From IMG/VR virus record IMGVR_UViG_3300030330_001568: a stretch of DNA of 64,000 bases; one strand, written 5' to 3'. Below are positions 59,140 to 64,000 of this stretch, one piece after another. Position numbers and translations under genes: made by a program. The DNA is from an uncultured virus (IMG/VR IMGVR_UViG_3300030330_001568) (taxonomy: Duplodnaviria; Heunggongvirae; Uroviricota; Caudoviricetes; Crassvirales). How positions within the stretch are numbered: position 1 is the stretch's first letter; the number at the start of each line of letters is the position of its first letter. Below the pieces are notes generated by a model, which worked only from the letters and a program-made list of their open reading frames with translations, did no database searches and was not told the DNA's origin.

Positions 59140-60576
59140 TTATGATTTCACACACTCTAAGTGTAAACAATTTGTAGCTCTTCTGATTGCAATACCAGTT
59201 TCTTTCATGAAGTGAACTGATGCACCGTCTACATCGTTTGCTCTTAGTGAGTTACCACCGCTAAATCCTGGAGGAACAGAAGCACCAGCTACTGCCCATC
59301 TTACTAGTTCTCTACCTTTTCTAGAAACCATTTGAACGTTAGTTTCTCCATCATATGTAGACATATCAAGGAATAACATTCTATAAGATTCTAGTGGTAA
59401 ACCAGAAACAGGATGTTTTGGACTGTTTAGTGATCTCGCACCGTGGTCGAATAATGGTAAGTGTCTTACTGTAATCACGTGACCATCAATATGCTGGTAA
59501 GAAGTGAAATAACCTCCTAATTGTAGGTTAGAACCACTACCAGAAATAAAGTTAGATGGATCTGTGTTTTTGATGTAAGTACCAGAACTGATCTCGCTCT
59601 TCATAGCGTTATCAAATTCTTCCATACCACCGATTCCTGTAAACAACACAATGTTCATTTGCTGAGCATCAGAAGCACCATATAATGCGTCTCTTACTAC
59701 AGACTTGATCTTGTTAGTTGTTAATGAAGAATACGTATCAACGTTAGGAATTTGCTCAATAACTCCTGCTCCGATTGGAATAGGCTTGTTATTGTCATCC
59801 TTCAAATTAATAGTACCATCTGAAGATCTGTTGTACTTAGAATACCACAGAGCATACTCTGTTTCTTCTTTCCATCTCAGCATGTGCTGATACTCTTCAA
59901 AGTCATACCATAGATTTGTTTTTCTGCCATCTACATTAAACTCGAAGTTAACCACTTTGTCAGGCATATTACCTTCATATCGGTAAGATTTTCTGATTAA
60001 AGAGATTTGGTTTCTCATTTTAGATGGAGCAACCCAATTACTTTCGTTACCAACTGATCCAGAAATTGCAGTAGGTGCAAATAATTGTACCCATTTCTTT
60101 CCTGCACAGTTTCCGCTGCTAACAGAGTCAGCTGCATCTGCAGTAACTAATTGTAAAGTATATACCCAACCTCCGTCTGATTCGACAGGATCAGTCATTA
60201 CTCTTGCTTGGATTCCTTCTTCACTTTCAATAATGTATTGCTTAATGAACCATTTTTCATTGAACTTTACTTTGAATCTAGTGAAGTTAACTCCAGAACC
60301 ACTCACTAATGAGCTTGATTCTACAGTTTTGTTAATTCTACCCATTACTGGATAATCATACTCAATGTCGTTGATGTACTTGATAGCTCCCTGTCCTTCA
60401 GTTAGGAAAGATAGAGGAAATCTCTTATCTTCTCTTCCTGCTAGATGAGTTATTACCGGTGACAGTACATCAGGCTGAGTTAAAAGGGCGTTCGCTAATG
60501 AGTTCTCATCAGTCATACCCTCAGCGTTGAAAATGTCTTCGTATAAACGAAGCTTTTTTAAATTATCTGCTGCCAT
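59140..60576 (-). CDS. Major capsid protein (crAss-like, HK97 fold)
   Basis: MTDENSLANAL, FPLSFLTEG, MRNQISLIRKS, GAGVIEQIP, TGIGGMEEFD, GGYFTSYQHIDGH; portal-scaffold-MCP order. Confidence 0.9.
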   Translation of the reverse strand: MAADNLKKLRLYEDIFNAEGMTDENSLANALLTQPDVLSPVITHLAGREDKRFPLSFLTEGQGAIKYINDIEYDYPVMGRINKTVESSSLVSGSGVNFTRFKVKFNEKWFIKQYIIESEEGIQARVMTDPVESDGGWVYTLQLVTADAADSVSSGNCAGKKWVQLFAPTAISGSVGNESNWVAPSKMRNQISLIRKSYRYEGNMPDKVVNFEFNVDGRKTNLWYDFEEYQHMLRWKEETEYALWYSKYNRSSDGTINLKDDNNKPIPIGAGVIEQIPNVDTYSSLTTNKIKSVVRDALYGASDAQQMNIVLFTGIGGMEEFDNAMKSEISSGTYIKNTDPSNFISGSGSNLQLGGYFTSYQHIDGHVITVRHLPLFDHGARSLNSPKHPVSGLPLESYRMLFLDMSTYDGETNVQMVSRKGRELVRWAVAGASVPPGFSGGNSLRANDVDGASVHFMKETGIAIRRATNCLHLECVKS

Positions 60577-60610
60577 GATAAAAAAATTAAATTAAAATTA
60601 AAAATTAAAC

Positions 60611-61735
60611 TTATCCTAATAACTTATCTAAAGATGGGATATTCGGTCTTTTACTAGTTTTATTATACCCTCCTTTGTTACCCTTCATTCTTCTGGATGC
60701 AGTTTGTGAATTAGCTTTTAATTTTGCTTTTAAATTCACTGCCTGCCTTGTAGTTGCTTTGGTGTTGATTAACTTCGACAAATCAAGTCCCTTATACATA
60801 AGGTATTCCATAGCAAGTATGGACTCTTGATCTAGCTTCTCTCTGTCTATAATTCGTTGACTTCTTCCTTGTTGATCAACTGGGACCGACATCCAATTAT
60901 AGAACTTCTTCTTGTCTGCCTCTGGAATAGTAAAGTCTTTCAACTTTCCTCTATTAACAATTTGGTTAATATTATTCCAAGTTTCTTTGGTTTGCTGAGC
61001 TACAACTTTTGCTTCTTCTTGCTGCTGTTTTAGTAAAGTTTCTTTTGCATTTGCTTGTGCAACTGCTAGTTTCTTTACTGCTCTACCAGCATTCTTATAC
61101 AGAATCTTAGCATCTTCATAATCTTGAATTGTATCTGTTACTTCTTCTGGTTCATATCCTTGAGAAGTTAGAAACGTTTCTAAGATCTTTCTTTGCATTC
61201 CGACATCCTTTTCATTGACTTCCAGCTTAGAGAAATCAATCTCTTTTGCTGCTACCTCAAAGTATTTATCAGGATCTCCTCCTGACACTCTATAATTAAG
61301 GTATTCTTGTATATCTGGGAATGCTGAAAATACTTGTTGAAACTGTTCTTCTGCCATCTTTGTAGCTGCTTCCTTAGTAACTCCGACAATACCATCGTAA
61401 TCATCACTAAACTCTCCTTGTATATCATACCCTAATCTTTCTATTAAGGTTGATACTATTGAAGGCTCTGAATCTGTCTCATCAGACTCAGTGTTCTCAG
61501 CCACGGGTTGTTCCGCTTCTTCTGTTTGTTCTTCCTTTACTTCCTCCACAGTTTCTTCATCTGTAGTTTCTTGTTCAGGAACCGACTCCTCTTGAGTCTC
61601 TTCTACTACCTCTTCAGTAGTGTTTTCTACAGGTTTTTCTTCTTGTTTCGGATCTGTAGACTCCGGAATTTGTTGATCATCTAATAGTTGACTTACAGTC
61701 ACCTTAGATAAATCTAAGTTTTCTTCTTTACTCAT
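60611..61735 (-). CDS. Acidic scaffold-like protein
   Basis: Very Glu-rich N-terminus, helical core, basic C-terminus; lies between portal and MCP. Confidence 0.65.
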   Translation of the reverse strand: MSKEENLDLSKVTVSQLLDDQQIPESTDPKQEEKPVENTTEEVVEETQEESVPEQETTDEETVEEVKEEQTEEAEQPVAENTESDETDSEPSIVSTLIERLGYDIQGEFSDDYDGIVGVTKEAATKMAEEQFQQVFSAFPDIQEYLNYRVSGGDPDKYFEVAAKEIDFSKLEVNEKDVGMQRKILETFLTSQGYEPEEVTDTIQDYEDAKILYKNAGRAVKKLAVAQANAKETLLKQQQEEAKVVAQQTKETWNNINQIVNRGKLKDFTIPEADKKKFYNWMSVPVDQQGRSQRIIDREKLDQESILAMEYLMYKGLDLSKLINTKATTRQAVNLKAKLKANSQTASRRMKGNKGGYNKTSKRPNIPSLDKLLG

Positions 61736-61815
61736 TGTTACAAAATTAATTAAATTATACTAGTTTTTTATGTTTATCTTTGTCTACATAAACACCTTTA
61801 TATAGACATTTTTTA

Positions 61816-63999
61816 TTATTTTTTACCCTTTTGGGCTTCTATTTGTTTATTAGCAATTTCTTTTTTATCATTTAGCTCTTTTCTTTTTAAATCAAGCTTT
61901 TCTCTTTCTAATCGCACACGTTCTAAATCAACTGCGTCATTAATTCCGTTGTTGTTCATATCTTGATCTACAACTTTAGATGCTACTTTCATTTCTTCAA
62001 TGTCCATTTTTGCATCTCTGTCTAGTTGATTTTGTTCAGCTGTAAACTGTCTATCTGCTTGTTTATCAGCTAACTGTGCTTGTTGTTGCATTTGAGCCAT
62101 CTGTTGTTGCTGTTGTGCTTGTGCTGCTTGTAGCTCTTTTTCTTTAGCATCTACCTCTGCTAGTTTTTCTTTAATCTTACTAAAGTTATTACCTTCTAAT
62201 ATTTCTGCTATAGTAACTGGACTACTACCATTCTGTGCAAATGATAATGTTAGTTGTTTTAATGCTCTTAGTTTGTCTGCTTCTATTGAGTTGTTCTTAA
62301 CAAATACTCCAAATTCAGCTTCTTGGAACATTCCAGGATCTATATCTAATACTGCTTGTCTAAAGTCACTTGTTATATATTGAGTCTTAAGTCCATCTTT
62401 CCATGCAACTTTAGCTACATCTAATAATCCGTTAAACTCTCTTTCAACTAACTTATCAAATCGTCTAAACATTTCTTCAGTTACTACAGATGATTGGAAT
62501 ACTGCTCTTTCAGTAGCACCAATACCATCAGATGCTTGCACCTGTCCTTTACGTTGTCTAGATATTCCTATTAACTCTTCCCACTCTGCTTTTATAGCTT
62601 GTAGTAGTTGGAATTGAGAAGCTATGTATTGACCTAAACTCATGTCTAATACCTGGAATTGATTGAACGACACTCTTTCACCACGTTTACCTTCTGCTGT
62701 AGAATCTATGAAAGCAAAGCCCATTGCATCTGCGTAGTACATAAACTTCTCTTCATCCCAACCATGTCTCTTTGGAATAGTGTTCATTTCCATTAACATG
62801 ATCTTATCTTTATTTTTAGCAATAGATAATTCTAATCTATAGTGAAATATATTATATAGGATTTGGTAGGGTACGCCCATAGATACTACAGATACTTGAT
62901 CTGAATGTCTATTTGAGTAGATTCTTCCGTTGTAGGGGAGTTTACATATGGAAAGATTTGACATTTCATTTCTTTGTACCTGATGTGGTCTAATATTTAC
63001 AAATATATCACCGTCTATTCGGTACCCTTCCCAAACCTGATTAACCCAAAAGTATTCTATACTTTCGTTATTATCTGGATTTACTTTGTACGTTTCGTCA
63101 ACAACAACCGACTGTTCTTGACCTAATTCATCAAAATATGTTAGTATTCCCACACGTGCGAAGGATTTCCACACAACATGTAATACTTCCGCAAACCTTT
63201 CTGCATCTTGCGATGAGTAGTTTCCGCTGAAAGGAGATATGAACCCCATGCTCTTTTTTTGAGAAGGTTTCTCCAATCTATCTATATCTGCCGGTTTAAG
63301 AACATCGTAAAAGTTATCTACAATAGCATTTACGCTCATTATTTTCTTTCTTACACACCAATCTCCGTCTTCTATAAACTGAATATCAGGAGATTTTTCA
63401 TAATCTACATCTAGAGGAGATACAATTTCATAATCACAGTCATTCATACATACATCTTTATATGTATAACATTCTCCTGCAACTAACCAATCAAAGAATG
63501 CAGTTTGAAATTGATCTGGTAATTCGAGTCTATCAATTAGGTAATCAAGAGATTCTTGACCCATAATAGCTCTAATATCTTTGTAATTAGCGTATATTTC
63601 TTGTTCTAGCTCTCCTAATTCAGGTAATTCTTCAGTAGGCATACCTGTTTCTACTCCTAATTCATTTAAATCATTAATAAACTTTTGTTCTAGATATTTT
63701 TTTAGTTCATCCTTTACAACTACTTGTTGCATAGATTGCATATCAGAATTACGTACAACTACTTGGTGATTAAAAGGTCTTTTTGCTTTTTCACCTAATA
63801 ATAGATCTACTACAGGTTTTATAATATTGTAATTACGTAATCTTGCAGGAAATCCTTTTGTTTTGTGCTTTTCTGAGTTGTATGGATTGATGACATAGTT
63901 GTAGTCATTCTCATTTAGGTTGCCATTGTATGCATCGTAGAATTTATGCATAGCAGATTTATGTTGATTAGAAAATCTACTTCTATCAATATAGGCGTT
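61816..63999 (-). CDS. Portal protein (5'-partial; frame open to the window edge)
   Basis: RNYNIIKPVVDLLLGEK.KRPF, WVNQVWEG, KLPYNGR, GISRQRKG; frame stays open upstream of ATG 63951 (NAYIDRSRFSNQHKSA). Confidence 0.88.
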   Translation of the reverse strand, partial: NAYIDRSRFSNQHKSAMHKFYDAYNGNLNENDYNYVINPYNSEKHKTKGFPARLRNYNIIKPVVDLLLGEKAKRPFNHQVVVRNSDMQSMQQVVVKDELKKYLEQKFINDLNELGVETGMPTEELPELGELEQEIYANYKDIRAIMGQESLDYLIDRLELPDQFQTAFFDWLVAGECYTYKDVCMNDCDYEIVSPLDVDYEKSPDIQFIEDGDWCVRKKIMSVNAIVDNFYDVLKPADIDRLEKPSQKKSMGFISPFSGNYSSQDAERFAEVLHVVWKSFARVGILTYFDELGQEQSVVVDETYKVNPDNNESIEYFWVNQVWEGYRIDGDIFVNIRPHQVQRNEMSNLSICKLPYNGRIYSNRHSDQVSVVSMGVPYQILYNIFHYRLELSIAKNKDKIMLMEMNTIPKRHGWDEEKFMYYADAMGFAFIDSTAEGKRGERVSFNQFQVLDMSLGQYIASQFQLLQAIKAEWEELIGISRQRKGQVQASDGIGATERAVFQSSVVTEEMFRRFDKLVEREFNGLLDVAKVAWKDGLKTQYITSDFRQAVLDIDPGMFQEAEFGVFVKNNSIEADKLRALKQLTLSFAQNGSSPVTIAEILEGNNFSKIKEKLAEVDAKEKELQAAQAQQQQQMAQMQQQAQLADKQADRQFTAEQNQLDRDAKMDIEEMKVASKVVDQDMNNNGINDAVDLERVRLEREKLDLKRKELNDKKEIANKQIEAQKGKK

Positions 64000-64000
64000 C

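Noticed and set aside
1216..59890. Many short opposite-strand or out-of-frame ORFs in the track (e.g. 1216-1413, 8358-8561, 16407-16748, 27177-27461, 28062-28289, 29189-29569, 36465-36665, 45759-45941, 56794-57180)
   Set aside because: They lie within or across longer, motif-bearing genes and read as shadow translations
61736..61815. Promoter or hairpin upstream of the scaffold gene (TAATTTTG; TGTTTAT/ATAAACA)
   Set aside because: The -7-like box has no TTG at the proper spacing and the stem is weak and AT-rich
62040..62135. TGT/TGC-rich low-complexity tract
   Set aside because: Encodes the Gln/Ala-rich coiled coil of the portal C-terminus; not an independent repeat
1..64000. Stop-codon reassignment, known in some crAss-like phages
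   Set aside because: Code 11 gives near-complete coding density and intact multi-kb ORFs; TAG and TGA end genes at sensible boundaries
1..64000. tRNA, CRISPR array, integrase/transposase, DGR reverse transcriptase, introns or inteins
   Set aside because: No cloverleaf, spaced direct repeats or relevant protein motifs seen; gaps are short and MCP, portal and RNAP read uninterrupted. Manual inspection only
42500..64000. Terminase large subunit
   Set aside because: No Walker A or terminase nuclease motifs in the window; it probably lies beyond the right edge

Overview
AT-rich, gene-dense segment of a crAss-like (Crassvirales-type) podophage genome, most likely infecting an aquatic Bacteroidota/Flavobacteriia host. 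The host call rests on a TTG-N21-TAnnTTTG promoter, SD-less A-rich start contexts, signal peptides followed by Gln, and a BACON domain. Bases 1-6814 (+) carry the end of the early/replication arm: rIIA/rIIB, a PD-(D/E)XK nuclease, a DnaA-domain-IV-like protein and a uracil-DNA glycosylase. Bases 6896-64000 (-) carry the convergent late arm: portal (cut by the window edge), scaffold-like protein, major capsid, ring proteins, tail fibres, endolysin, IHF-like protein, a split and decorated muzzle, an envelope cassette, tiny basic proteins, holin, ejected cargo proteins and a 4630-aa Cys-free virion RNA polymerase polyprotein. The standard genetic code fits; I saw no tRNA, CRISPR array, intron or intein. 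Two candidate undescribed systems stand out. (1) An envelope cassette: structured leader, outer-membrane beta-barrel, an unannotated 18-aa CxxCxxCxxC micropeptide, a membrane coiled-coil protein and a secreted thioredoxin-fold protein lacking CxxC. (2) A recurring hydrophobic-x-x-Gly-Gly tag that bounds discrete modules in the cargo proteins, the RNAP N-terminus and the micro-proteins, suggesting a processing or packaging code. All family assignments are from motif recognition by eye, not database searches.
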